Assembly: GCA_963719085.1 (NCBI GenBank) | Contig: CAVRAL010000004.1 | Coordinates: 448,001-512,000 of the forward strand | Source: a candidate division FCPU426 bacterium | Lineage (GTDB): Bacteria; Oederibacteriota; Muellerivitia; Muellerivitales; Muellerivitaceae | DNA length: 64,000 nt | Direction: 5' to 3' | Made by a program: the position numbers and the translations under genes | Notes under the pieces: model-generated | Databases searched by the model: none | Told to the model about the DNA's origin: nothing | What the model saw: only the letters and a program-made list of their open reading frames with translations | In this document: piece after piece, positions 1-9,624 of the stretch | How positions within the stretch are numbered: position 1 is the first letter of the stretch | How the letters are laid out: every line of letters begins with the position of its first letter

Positions 1-2
1 AA

Positions 3-1466
3 ATGACGGATCATCCGGTTAAAAAAATCTCGTTGGACCAAATCGCCCGCGCCGCCATGGCTGAAAACGGCCTGGAGGCCGATTTCCCGCCCGACGCGTT
101 AAGCCAATTGGACGCCATTCAAGGCCCGGCCACGGACGACGCTTTGCCCGACCTCACTTCCCTTTTGTGGTGCTCGATCGACAACGACGACTCTCGGGAT
201 TTGGATCAATTGAGCGTGGGCGAAAAATTGTCCGATGGAAAAATAAAAGTGTATGTGGCGGTGGCCGACGTGGACGCCAAAGTCGCCCAAGGCACGCCCC
301 TGGATCTTCACGCCCGAAAAAATACCACTTCCATTTATACGGGAGTGGAAACTTTTCCCATGCTTCCCGAAAAACTTTCCACCGACCTGACCTCCCTTTC
401 CTTCAATGAAACCCGGATCGCGCTGGTGATTGAGATGCGCGTCGATGCCGACGGCCGGATGGACGATTATCAAATTTACCGTGCCCGGGTCAAAAACAAG
501 GCCAAGCTGGCCTATAACGGCGTGGGCGCCTGGCTGGAAGGGTATGGTCCTTTGCCCGAAGCCGCGGCCCGGGTGCCGGGCATGGAAGCCCAGCTCCAAT
601 TACAGGATGAGGCGGCGCAAAAGATGCGGGCCCTGCGCCACGAGCATGGGGCGCTGGATCTTCAAACCCTGCAGCCCCGGCCCGTGACGGACAAGGGCGT
701 TGTGGTGGACTTGGCCTTGGAAACCCAGAACCGCGCCGGCCAGCTCATTGAGGATTTCATGGTGGCGGCCAACGGCGCCACCGCCCGCTTTCTCACCGCC
801 CAAAACTTTCCCACCCTGCGCCGGATAGTGAAAACTCCCAAACGTTGGGACCGCATGGTGGCCGTGGCCGCCGGGCTGAATGAAAAACTGCCCGCGGAGC
901 CCGATTCCAAAGCCCTGTCGGATTTTTTGACTCGCCAACGTCAAAAAGACCCGCTTCACTTTCCCGATCTTTCTTTGACCATCGTCAAACTCATGGGCCG
1001 GGGCGAATACGCGCTCGACACGCCAGGCCAAACACCGCTGGGCCATTTTGGTTTGGCGGTGCGGGATTACAACCATTCCACCGCCCCCAACCGCCGCTAC
1101 CCGGACCTGATCACCCAAAGGCTTTTAAAAGCCGCCCTGTCAAAAAAGCCGATTCCCTACACCCTGGGCGACCTTTCGTCCCTGGCGTCCCATTGCACGG
1201 AACAAGAAAACGCCGCCGACAAGGTGGAGCGCCAAGTGCGCAAATCCGCCAGCGCGGCCTTTTTGTCGGACCGCGTGGGCGAGCATTTTGACGCCTTGGT
1301 CACCGGCCTGTCGGACAAAGGCACCTGGATCCGGCTTTTGAAGCCGCCGGTCGAGGGAAAACTGGTTCAAGGCGCGCAAGGGCTGGATGTGGGCGATACC
1401 ATCCGGGTCAAACTGATCAGCGTGAATATTGACCGCGGCTGGATCGATTTCGTCAAAACATCCTGA
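3..1466 (+). CDS. RNB-domain (RNase II/R family) exoribonuclease
   Basis: SIDNDDSRDLDQ catalytic acidic motif, HFGLA..YNHSTAPNRRYPDL motif, C-terminal S1-like segment. Confidence 0.9.
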   Translation: MTDHPVKKISLDQIARAAMAENGLEADFPPDALSQLDAIQGPATDDALPDLTSLLWCSIDNDDSRDLDQLSVGEKLSDGKIKVYVAVADVDAKVAQGTPLDLHARKNTTSIYTGVETFPMLPEKLSTDLTSLSFNETRIALVIEMRVDADGRMDDYQIYRARVKNKAKLAYNGVGAWLEGYGPLPEAAARVPGMEAQLQLQDEAAQKMRALRHEHGALDLQTLQPRPVTDKGVVVDLALETQNRAGQLIEDFMVAANGATARFLTAQNFPTLRRIVKTPKRWDRMVAVAAGLNEKLPAEPDSKALSDFLTRQRQKDPLHFPDLSLTIVKLMGRGEYALDTPGQTPLGHFGLAVRDYNHSTAPNRRYPDLITQRLLKAALSKKPIPYTLGDLSSLASHCTEQENAADKVERQVRKSASAAFLSDRVGEHFDALVTGLSDKGTWIRLLKPPVEGKLVQGAQGLDVGDTIRVKLISVNIDRGWIDFVKTS

Positions 1467-1487
1467 TACTATATTTTCTGCGAAAAA

Positions 1488-1662
1488 ATTTCACCGCCAA
1501 GTTCGCCAAGAAAGAACGAAAACTTTTCATCCGAATTTGTGGTTAAACGAAAGAGAAACTGCCGAAATTTTTTAGTTAAAGAATCAGGCTCTTCCGTTCT
1601 TGGCGTCTGCCCCAACATTGTTTAATTGGAACGGGGCCGCCCTTGGGCGTGTGCGGTGAAAT
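1488..1662. repeat. Nested inverted-repeat (REP/MITE-like) intergenic element
   Basis: ATTTCACCGC 1488-1497 pairs with GCGGTGAAAT 1653-1662; CGCCAAGAA 1504-1512 pairs with TTCTTGGCG 1597-1605. Confidence 0.5.
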
Positions 1663-1686
1663 GGTTAAATTTTTAAAGGAGTCTCC

Positions 1687-2304
1687 GTGTCCGATCTTCC
1701 CATCAAAGCCCTCTTCCTCGACGTCGGGGGCGTGCTCTTGACCAACGGCTGGGACCGCAAATCCCGGCAGGGCGCGGCCGAAAAATTCGGTCTCAATTAC
1801 ACCGACCTGGAGGAACGCCACCACTTGACCTACGACACTTACGAAGCGGGTAAGATCACCTTAGAAACTTATTTGGACCGCATCGTTTTTTATGAAAAAC
1901 GCCCCTTCAGCCGGGAAGATTTTCGGGCCTATCTCTACTCCCAAACCCAGGCCCTGCCCGGCATGATCGACTATTTCACGAAACTCAAGGCCGATCATCA
2001 TTTGAAGGTGGGCGTGATCAGCAATGAGGGCCGGGAACTTTCGGAGTACCGGATCAACCATTTTAACTTGGGCACCTTGGCCGACTTTTTCGTCATGTCG
2101 GCCTTCGTGCATTTCCGCAAACCCGACACGGATATCTTTAAGCTGGCCTTGGATATCGCCCAGGTCCCGGCCCGGCAATGCCTTTATTTTGACGACCGGC
2201 CCCTGTTCGTGGAAGTGGCCCGCCGCTTGGGGATGCACGCCATCCATCACAAGGATTTGGCCGCCACTCAAAAAGCCGTGGCCGCGCTGGGCCTGCCCGC
2301 TTAA
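1687..2304 (+). CDS. HAD-family hydrolase/phosphatase
   Basis: FLDVGGVL motif I, KPD motif III, FDDR motif IV; GTG start after AGGAG. Confidence 0.9.
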   Translation: MSDLPIKALFLDVGGVLLTNGWDRKSRQGAAEKFGLNYTDLEERHHLTYDTYEAGKITLETYLDRIVFYEKRPFSREDFRAYLYSQTQALPGMIDYFTKLKADHHLKVGVISNEGRELSEYRINHFNLGTLADFFVMSAFVHFRKPDTDIFKLALDIAQVPARQCLYFDDRPLFVEVARRLGMHAIHHKDLAATQKAVAALGLPA

Positions 2305-2419
2305 AGTGAACTAAAAAAAATCAAGGCAATTGGAACAATGATGCCCCGGATCTCCATAAAGGATTTAAGGAGGCCCGGGACAATGCCGCTCTCCCTGACT
2401 CATATGAATAGCGGCGCGG

Positions 2420-2484
2420 ACGCGGATGGACGCGGATTATAGAAAAAATGATTTTGGGTCGCCCCCATCGGCGTTTATCCGCGT
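2420..2484. repeat. Short palindromic intergenic element
   Basis: ACGCGGATGGACGCGGAT (2420-2437) imperfectly complementary (15/18) to 2467-2484. Confidence 0.45.
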
Positions 2485-2573
2485 TAATCACTACTCAAGA
2501 TGTTTTGAAAATCCTTCCCAAAGCCCCTTTCAAAAGCTAAAGTCTTGGTCGACCACTCACCGGACGGGGGCGC

Positions 2574-4901
2574 ATGAAATTTAAACACATACTGACGGTC
2601 ATCGCCGTACTCGGCGCGTTGTCGGTCCTGGACTATTACTACTATTCCAATTGGTGGACGGCCCGCGAAAATATTTCAGCCCCGCCCCAGCCGCCGAAGC
2701 CCTCGCCCCAACCATCCCAAGCCCTGATCAATGACTTGAAACTGGGCGGTTCCAGCCTGCCCGCCTGTCCGCTTCTATTTCCCCTGCTGGATTCCAAGGG
2801 CCGCGTCACGCCGCTGGGAAGCGCCTTAAGTTACCTCAGCATGAAACAAGCCTCTTATTTGCCCCAGGCGATTTTGAGCCTGCCCGACCTGGACCAAGCC
2901 TTTCAGGATCTGGGTCTTTTCAGCGCCGAATCCTCCGCCGACGCTTTTTACAAAGATCAGCTTCCCTACCGCTTTCAAACCAAAGACTTTGGCGAAGGCA
3001 CTTGGAAAAAAACCTACCAGGGTTGGAAAATTCATTTGCGCTTTTGGGGAACCAAGCCGGAAAAAACCTACAACCAATCCTTCGCCAAAGGCGGGCTTCA
3101 TAACGCGCCAAGCTGGATCGCGGCATGCCTCCAGGACTACATCGGCTTCAAGCCCTCCCCGGAAGAAACCATGGTTTTGACCCAACCCATTTTTAACGAC
3201 GATGTCGATCTTCTGCGCGCCGCCAGTCTGGAATCCCTTTTTAACCAAGGCGGGGCCCGCCTCATCACCCATTGGCAGGACATCTTGGCCAAGAATCCGG
3301 ATCAGCCTGAAATCGTCGGCCGCTGGGCGGCCATCTTGGACTCGCGGGAAAACCAGGGCCATCCCGAAGGGTTGGAGGCGCTTTTGAAAAAACAGCCCGC
3401 CTCCGGTTTAGCGTCCCAAGCCTTGGCCCGGGAATATTTGCGGGCCGGTCGTTTCAGCGACGCTTGGCCCCTTTTCTTTTCCCTGTTGAAAAACGACGAC
3501 AATAACGGCGCGCTTTATTCGAGGGCCATTGACTGCTTGGAAGGCTTGGGCGATTGGCAAGGCGCGGTTCAATTGAGCAGAAATTGGACCCAAAAATATC
3601 CCAACAATCCGGAAAGCTGGATGGAATTGGGCCTGACGCTGGTGAAAGACACGGATTACTTCCTCAAGCGGCAGTCCTCCGGAACCGATTCCACCGCTCC
3701 CGTGACCACCCTATCGCCGGACCTCACGGAAGCTTTCGCGGCGGCCCAAAAGGCTTCCCAGCTCGCGCCCGGCGATGTCCGGGTCTGGACCCTGCTCATC
3801 ACCAACGGGAACCGCGCGCGCCAAGCACAGCCCCTGTTGGATTCCTATTTGCAAAAGGCCATTCAGTTGGACCCGGCCGACGACAAGCCATTTGAGGCTT
3901 ATTTAGACGCCCTCGAAACGCAAGGACTGGTCGATGTCCAGGACGCTTGGAACTTCGCCCGCCAAAACGCGGCCCAACATCCCTATTTGTTTTACACCCT
4001 GGCCGCCTTTGAGCTTTCTTCCACGAGTCCGGCTCAAACCCTGGACAACCTGAAAAAATTCAAGGAAACCGCCGCTTTGGAGCAGGCTTATCGGGATGAT
4101 TTGAAAAAGACTCCGGCTGATTTGAGCCTTTGGCGGGACTATTTGAAATGGACCGACCTAGCCGGCACCACGCCCAAAGCCCTGGCCTTCGCCCAAATCC
4201 TGACGGCGGGCAAGCCGGAACTTAAAAGTTTGCCGCCCACGCTGGTGCTGTTGTCCTGGGAAGCCGCGTCCGCCAACCAAAACCCGGAAGCCGGAAAAGC
4301 GAAGGCCGTTTCCCAAATCGCGGCGGCCGACCGCGCCCTGCTGGTTCTGGATGACGGCAATGAACGGGTGTGGAACGAGTACGCGAAACTTTGCGTGGAA
4401 AATCATTGGGACGCGGAAGCTAAAAAAGCCATGGACGCGGTTGGGGACGATTGCGACACGGGCGTCTGGCCCCAGCAGGACTTTGACAAGGCCCGGGTCG
4501 CCTTGGGGCTCGACCCGATCCCGCCCCAACCGGATGTCACCGAAACGAAAGAGGATGTTTCGGTCACTCCCCCGCCGGCCCAACCCGTTGAAACGCCCAC
4601 TCCCGCGGCGAAAACAAAAATCACGGCTCCGGAAATTTCACCCGGACCGGCCTTGGCCCCCACACCGCCTGAAACGCCGTCCGTTTCTCCTGAAGTTCCG
4701 ACGGCGTCCCCGGCCCCTGGGGCGATCACTCCCACGGCGATTTTGAAAATCCAAACGCCGGTAACGACGGCGGACCTGGCGCGGCTGATCCCACCCTCGC
4801 CTCAGCCCACGGTTCAACCGGCTGTCAGCCCCGTTCAAACGCCTCAACCCATTCTGACCGCCGTCCCCGCTTTATCCCCAACGGCAACCCACACGCCTTA
4901 A
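2574..4901 (+). CDS. Membrane-anchored TPR-repeat protein with Pro/Thr-rich C-terminal tail
   Basis: N-terminal hydrophobic helix, helical TPR-like repeats (e.g. YPNNPESW, AIQLDPAD), low-complexity tail. Confidence 0.7.
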   Translation: MKFKHILTVIAVLGALSVLDYYYYSNWWTARENISAPPQPPKPSPQPSQALINDLKLGGSSLPACPLLFPLLDSKGRVTPLGSALSYLSMKQASYLPQAILSLPDLDQAFQDLGLFSAESSADAFYKDQLPYRFQTKDFGEGTWKKTYQGWKIHLRFWGTKPEKTYNQSFAKGGLHNAPSWIAACLQDYIGFKPSPEETMVLTQPIFNDDVDLLRAASLESLFNQGGARLITHWQDILAKNPDQPEIVGRWAAILDSRENQGHPEGLEALLKKQPASGLASQALAREYLRAGRFSDAWPLFFSLLKNDDNNGALYSRAIDCLEGLGDWQGAVQLSRNWTQKYPNNPESWMELGLTLVKDTDYFLKRQSSGTDSTAPVTTLSPDLTEAFAAAQKASQLAPGDVRVWTLLITNGNRARQAQPLLDSYLQKAIQLDPADDKPFEAYLDALETQGLVDVQDAWNFARQNAAQHPYLFYTLAAFELSSTSPAQTLDNLKKFKETAALEQAYRDDLKKTPADLSLWRDYLKWTDLAGTTPKALAFAQILTAGKPELKSLPPTLVLLSWEAASANQNPEAGKAKAVSQIAAADRALLVLDDGNERVWNEYAKLCVENHWDAEAKKAMDAVGDDCDTGVWPQQDFDKARVALGLDPIPPQPDVTETKEDVSVTPPPAQPVETPTPAAKTKITAPEISPGPALAPTPPETPSVSPEVPTASPAPGAITPTAILKIQTPVTTADLARLIPPSPQPTVQPAVSPVQTPQPILTAVPALSPTATHTP

Positions 4902-4938
4902 AACTCGAAAGGCGCCTAAAACTATTTCGGGCCTTGGG

Positions 4939-5547
4939 TTAGTGTTTTCCCTTGCCCCAAATGCCGTCCAGGTAGGAGTCCCGTCCGGAGGCCGCGTGGT
5001 ACATCTCGTAATGAACCGGATTCTTTTTGTAAAAGTCCTGGTGATAATCCTCGGCCGGGTAAAAATTAGTGAAGGCCTTCACCGGCGTCACGATGGGTTT
5101 GTCGTAAAGACCGGACTTGTCCAACACCGACTTGGATTGTTCCGCCTCCGCCTTTTGTTTGGGGTTTAGGGTAAAGATGACGGCCCGATATTGGGGTCCC
5201 CGGTCCACGAACTGGCCCTCGGCGTCCGTGGGATTAATCTGCTTCCAATAGACCCCCACGAGCTGTGAATAACTGATGGCGGCGGGATCGTAAAGAATTT
5301 CCACGGTTTCGGTAAAACCCCGGTCGGCGTAATCGTCATAGGTTGGATTTTCCCCTTGGCCGTCGGCGTACCCCGCGGTCACCTTAAGAACGCCCTTGAG
5401 TTTTTCAAAAGGCGGCGTCATGCACCAAAAGCATCCGCCGGCGAAATAGGCTTTCTGGGCCTTCACGGGAGCCGAATCTCCCCAAGCGAAAACCGCCGGG
5501 AACAAAGCTAAAACCAACCCCAAACACTTCAGCCAGGAACGCGTCAT
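4939..5547 (-). CDS. msrA: Peptide methionine sulfoxide reductase A, exported
   Basis: GGCFWC active site, FYPAEDYHQD motif, signal peptide. Confidence 0.95.
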   Translation of the reverse strand: MTRSWLKCLGLVLALFPAVFAWGDSAPVKAQKAYFAGGCFWCMTPPFEKLKGVLKVTAGYADGQGENPTYDDYADRGFTETVEILYDPAAISYSQLVGVYWKQINPTDAEGQFVDRGPQYRAVIFTLNPKQKAEAEQSKSVLDKSGLYDKPIVTPVKAFTNFYPAEDYHQDFYKKNPVHYEMYHAASGRDSYLDGIWGKGKH

Positions 5548-5608
5548 ATTTCCCTCCAAGGATTCGTCTGCCTTTATATACGAAGACTTTCAAAGAATAG
5601 TTGCCCCG

Positions 5609-5684
5609 CCAGCCTCGTTCCTCGGCAAAGCCGCGGGACGGCGCCACCAGCCTCGCTCCTCGGCATGGCCGCGGGACGGCGCCA
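5609..5684. repeat. 38-bp tandem duplication (2 copies) in divergent msrA/SDR intergenic region
   Basis: CCAGCCTCG(T/C)TCCTCGGCA(AA/TG)GCCGCGGGACGGCGCCA at 5609-5646 and 5647-5684. Confidence 0.85.
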
Positions 5685-5773
5685 CCCCTTTTAACTCCTG
5701 TTGGGTGGGGTGGCTTGCATTCCCCGGCGGATTTCCGGTTAATGAAAGCATCTTATCCCCACTGGAGAAAAAA

Positions 5774-6568
5774 ATGAAAATTGACCTGACCGGCAAAAAA
5801 GCGATTATCAGCGGCTCCACGGCCGGCATCGGGTTCGCCATCGCCAAAGGCTTGGCCCAATCCGGCGCCTCGGTTGTGGTGAACGGCCGCACCGCCAAAA
5901 GAGTCGAAGAAGCCTTGGGCGAAATAAAATCCCAAGTGCCCCTCGCCAAAGCCCATGGGCTGGCGGCGGACCTGGGAACGGCCGAGGGCGCGGCCAAGCT
6001 CCTCCAAGAATTTCCCGAAGCGGATATTCTGGTGAACAACCTGGGGATCTTTGAGGCCAAAGGTTTTTTTGAGATTCCGGATGAAGATTGGGAAAGGTTT
6101 TTCCGCGCCAACGTCCTCAGCGGCGTGCGGCTGTCACGGGCCTACACGCCCGGTATGGTGAAAAAGGGCTGGGGCCGGGTGGTTTTTATTTCCAGTGAGT
6201 CGGCCCTCCAAATTCCCGCCGAGATGGTTCATTACGGCATGACCAAGACCGCCCAATTGGCCGTCTCCCGTGGTTTGGCCGAAACGGTCGCCGGAACCGG
6301 CGTGACGGTCAACTGCGTGCTGCCAGGTCCCACCCGGTCCGAAGGCGTGGAGGGTTTTGTGGAAGCATTGGGCCGGCAATCGGGTAAGAGCCCGGAGGAA
6401 ATTGAGAAGGATTTCTTTAAAAACATGCGTCCCAGTTCACTGATCCAGCGTTTTGCCACCGTTGAGGAAGTGGCGAATTTGGTGGTTTATGTTTGCTCCC
6501 AACAAGCCTCCGCCACGACGGGCGCGGCCCTGCGGGTGGATGGAGGCGTGGTGCGGTTCATCGCTTGA
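5774..6568 (+). CDS. Short-chain dehydrogenase/reductase
   Basis: SGSTAGIG Rossmann motif, VNNLG, YGMTK catalytic motif. Confidence 0.93.
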   Translation: MKIDLTGKKAIISGSTAGIGFAIAKGLAQSGASVVVNGRTAKRVEEALGEIKSQVPLAKAHGLAADLGTAEGAAKLLQEFPEADILVNNLGIFEAKGFFEIPDEDWERFFRANVLSGVRLSRAYTPGMVKKGWGRVVFISSESALQIPAEMVHYGMTKTAQLAVSRGLAETVAGTGVTVNCVLPGPTRSEGVEGFVEALGRQSGKSPEEIEKDFFKNMRPSSLIQRFATVEEVANLVVYVCSQQASATTGAALRVDGGVVRFIA

Positions 6569-6573
6569 GAATG

Positions 6574-6610
6574 AAAAAGGCTCCGGCGGCAAAGCGTGCC
6601 GGAGCCTTTT
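6574..6610. terminator. Bidirectional intrinsic terminator
   Basis: AAAAAGGCTCCGGC...GCCGGAGCCTTTT between convergent genes. Confidence 0.8.
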
Positions 6611-6622
6611 AAAACTCTTAGA

Positions 6623-6928
6623 TTAGCTCTTAGAAGCGGGCGCCGAAGGGGCCGGAGCCGACTGCGCCGGAGCGCCATAATAACCCGGCTGCCATCCACA
6701 GGCGCGGCCATGGAACAAATGGAAAAGCCCGAAAATCGCCAGGCCCAAAATGAGGACCTTCATAAAACCAAAACCCCAATAATGCCGGCCGCAATGGCCG
6801 TGGCCGCCCCAGCCCATGCCGCGATGGCCCCAACGGCCGAACTCTTCCTGCATGAGCTTTTTCTTGGTCTCAAACCTTAAGGTCTCCTCTTCAATGATGT
6901 ATTGCTTTTCTTCCTCGGTAATCGGCAT
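6623..6928 (-). CDS. Small Gly/His-rich membrane protein
   Basis: AGGAG RBS, charged N-terminus, GH-rich segment, one TM helix. Confidence 0.7.
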   Translation of the reverse strand: MPITEEEKQYIIEEETLRFETKKKLMQEEFGRWGHRGMGWGGHGHCGRHYWGFGFMKVLILGLAIFGLFHLFHGRACGWQPGYYGAPAQSAPAPSAPASKS

Positions 6929-7010
6929 TTTGTTTCTCCTGAATAACCTTTATTTACATATTCGGGCGATGAATTCCCGACACCCCTACCTTAAGAACCT
7001 TTCTTACGGG

Positions 7011-7048
7011 AAGCTTTTCAGGGATGTGTCGGTTTGTAACAGTTTGTA
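7011..7048 (-). promoter_or_regulatory. Putative OmpR-family binding box (copy 1)
   Basis: TCGGTTTGTAACAGTTTGTA (10-bp-phased GTTTGTA repeat) identical to 7602-7621. Confidence 0.65.
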
Positions 7049-7218
7049 GCCATCCTCATTGAAAAAAAATTAGATAAAAGGGATGGCGTAGTTCCGCCGA
7101 TTAGATTGGGCCACCAATCTGGCGGAACATAAACCCTTAGCCCTTCCAAACCTCGAAAAAAACCGCGGCCAGGGAAAAACCCAAGTAAAGAACAAGAATG
7201 AAAAAAAGGGTGCCAAGA

Positions 7219-7524
7219 TCATAACCTCACCAGTGTGATCGCGTCCTCGGGACAAACCGCGATACACAAACCACAGGCCTGGCATTGATCCGCCCGAACC
7301 GCGTAGGCGGTTTTTCGCCCGTGGGCCAGGCTCTTCAACCGCTCGAAGGGGTTTAAAGCGTCGAAATCATCCTTCGACATACGCCGAATCTCAAAAACAT
7401 CATTTGGACAAACCTGCAGGCAGGTCTGCTTACCCTCGCAGCGGGCCCGATTCACCACGGGTTTAAAAGCACCCGGCTCCTCGGGGCAAGCCGGTGAGAA
7501 AGACTTAAAGGGGGACGCGTTCAC
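7219..7524 (-). CDS. 4Fe-4S dicluster ferredoxin
   Basis: CEGKQTCLQVCP and CQACGLCIAVCP motifs. Confidence 0.9.
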   Translation of the reverse strand: MNASPFKSFSPACPEEPGAFKPVVNRARCEGKQTCLQVCPNDVFEIRRMSKDDFDALNPFERLKSLAHGRKTAYAVRADQCQACGLCIAVCPEDAITLVRL

Positions 7525-7583
7525 GTTTTTTTCCTTTCATCAGGCGATATCGTCCGCTTCTATATAGAGGCAAAGGGCCCCGC

Positions 7584-7623
7584 AAGCTTTTCCACGTTGT
7601 TTCGGTTTGTAACAGTTTGTAAC
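7584..7623 (-). promoter_or_regulatory. Putative OmpR-family binding box (copy 2)
   Basis: Same 20-bp core and AAGCTTTTC at the same offset as 7011-7048; lies between ferredoxin and response regulator. Confidence 0.65.
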
Positions 7624-7663
7624 GCTTGGCGTTCGGGCGGGCCTCCCGTGTTAAAATCAGCCC

Positions 7664-8374
7664 ATGAATTCCAAAAAACAAATCCTGATCATCGACGACG
7701 ATCAGAAACTCAACGAGCTTTTAAAAAGCTATCTGGCCAAATTCGACATGACCGTGACCGCCGCCACCCGTTCCGAAGAGGGTCTTTTATGGCTCAAACG
7801 CTCCAGCCCCCATCTGGTGATTTTGGACGTCATGCTGCCCGGCCAGGACGGTTTTTCCGTCTGCAAAGAAATTAGAAAATCCTCGAAGGTGCCGGTCATT
7901 ATGCTGACCGCCCGGGGCGACGTGACCGACCGGGTCGTGGGGTTGGAACTGGGCGCGGACGATTATCTGCCCAAACCTTTTGAGCCCCGGGAATTGGTGG
8001 CCCGCATCGAAAGTGTTTTAAGACGTCTGGCGCCCAAAGAGCCTGCCTCGGGCCAGGTGCTCAAATGCGAATCCCTCACCCTGGATACGGGAAAACGGCT
8101 GGCGCTCTTAAAAGGAAAAGACCTGGGACTGACCACCACCGAGTTTGAGACCCTGGCCTTTTTCATGAAAAATCCCGGGGCGGTTTTGAACCGGGACCAG
8201 ATCATGGAATATTTAAAGGGCATCGAATGCGAGGCCTTCAACCGGTCCGTCGATATCGCCATGAGCCGCCTGCGCAAAAAACTCGGCGATTCCGCGGAGA
8301 AACCCAAATATTTCAAAACCATCTGGGGTACGGGCTACCTCTTTATCGGCAAGGTGGCGACCCATGAATCCTAA
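7664..8374 (+). CDS. OmpR/PhoB-family response regulator
   Basis: REC (LDVMLP, KPF) plus winged helix (RSVDIAMSRLRKKL, TIWGTGY). Confidence 0.95.
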   Translation: MNSKKQILIIDDDQKLNELLKSYLAKFDMTVTAATRSEEGLLWLKRSSPHLVILDVMLPGQDGFSVCKEIRKSSKVPVIMLTARGDVTDRVVGLELGADDYLPKPFEPRELVARIESVLRRLAPKEPASGQVLKCESLTLDTGKRLALLKGKDLGLTTTEFETLAFFMKNPGAVLNRDQIMEYLKGIECEAFNRSVDIAMSRLRKKLGDSAEKPKYFKTIWGTGYLFIGKVATHES

Positions 8375-9476
8375 AAAACTCCACGGACCTTCCCAGCCGC
8401 CCCCGCCGGACGACCGGCCCTTTTGGGCCAGGCGCCCTTGGAGCGAGCGCCATTCCCACGGCCATTGGAATCATGAGGCTTGGGACCATTACCGGCACCC
8501 GCGTTGGCGCCACGGCCACGGCCCCGGTTTTTTCATGAAGGTTTTCATGTTTTTTTTCGTGCTCTGCCTGACCCTGCTGATCACCTTTTGCTCCAGCGAG
8601 GGATTCAGCTGGAAGCATCTGTTCCACCTTCTGGGCTGGATCCTGCTCATCCAATTTTTAGCCTTCATGGGACTGCGGCGTATGTTCGGCCCCTTGCGCT
8701 ACTTGATGCGGGGGGTTTTGGAAATTTCCGAGGGAAATCTGGCTTTCCGTTTCCCACCCAAGGGCCGCGGCGAATTTGATTTTTTGGCCTATAACTTCAA
8801 CCGTATGGCCGACCGAATCCAGGAAATGATTCGATCCAAGGAACAGCTTTTGCTGGATGTCAGCCACGAGCTGAGAAGCCCCTTGACCCGCCTCAAACTG
8901 GCCTTGGAAATGACGCCGCCCGGCGAGATGAAGGAAGCCATGGGCCGGGATATCGTCGAGATGGAGACCATGCTGACGGAGATTTTGGAAACCCAGCATT
9001 TGAGGAGCGCCCATGGCAAGCTTCAACTGAAAACCTTGGACCTGGCCGCGGTCATGCGCGAAATAACTGAAAAATATAAAGACCGCCCGCCGGGCCTTTC
9101 TTTTTCCCCCGGCTCAAAAATTTCCGCCCTTGTCCAGGCCGATGAGGCCCGAGTCCAAACCGTTTTCCAAAATGTTTTGGAAAACGCGTTGAAATATTCG
9201 GCCCACCAAACAAGACCCGTTGACATCTCGATCAAAGCCCTTCCGGGTTTTATGGAAGTCCGGGTCAAAGACTTCGGCGTTGGAATCCCGAAAGAAGACC
9301 AAGAAAAGGTTTTCGAGCCTTTTTACCGCGTGGATAAATCCCGCACCAAGGAAACCGGCGGCTATGGTTTGGGTTTAAGCCTTTGCCGGGAAATCATGAG
9401 GGCTCACGGCGGCGAAATCACGATTGAGGGCGCGCCCGAACCGGGCACCCAAGTCATCCTTAAATTCCCCCAATAA
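8364..9476 (+). CDS. HAMP-domain sensor histidine kinase with His-rich N-terminus
   Basis: SHELRSPL H-box, NALKY, DFGVGI, GYGLGL; two TM helices. Confidence 0.95.
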   Translation: MNPKKLHGPSQPPPPDDRPFWARRPWSERHSHGHWNHEAWDHYRHPRWRHGHGPGFFMKVFMFFFVLCLTLLITFCSSEGFSWKHLFHLLGWILLIQFLAFMGLRRMFGPLRYLMRGVLEISEGNLAFRFPPKGRGEFDFLAYNFNRMADRIQEMIRSKEQLLLDVSHELRSPLTRLKLALEMTPPGEMKEAMGRDIVEMETMLTEILETQHLRSAHGKLQLKTLDLAAVMREITEKYKDRPPGLSFSPGSKISALVQADEARVQTVFQNVLENALKYSAHQTRPVDISIKALPGFMEVRVKDFGVGIPKEDQEKVFEPFYRVDKSRTKETGGYGLGLSLCREIMRAHGGEITIEGAPEPGTQVILKFPQ

Positions 9477-9624
9477 AAACCACCTCGACGTCTTCAAGCG
9501 CGAAAAGTTACAAAAATATTATTTTATTTTTGGGCGGTGAGATTCAATTTCGCTACGGGCTGGATTTTTCAATCCTCCCGGCGCCTAATAGAATCCAAGT
9601 CTTGAACCTTGAAGGAGAAATGAA

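Noticed and set aside
5609..5684. CRISPR-like repeat
   Set aside because: Two directly abutting copies with no spacer
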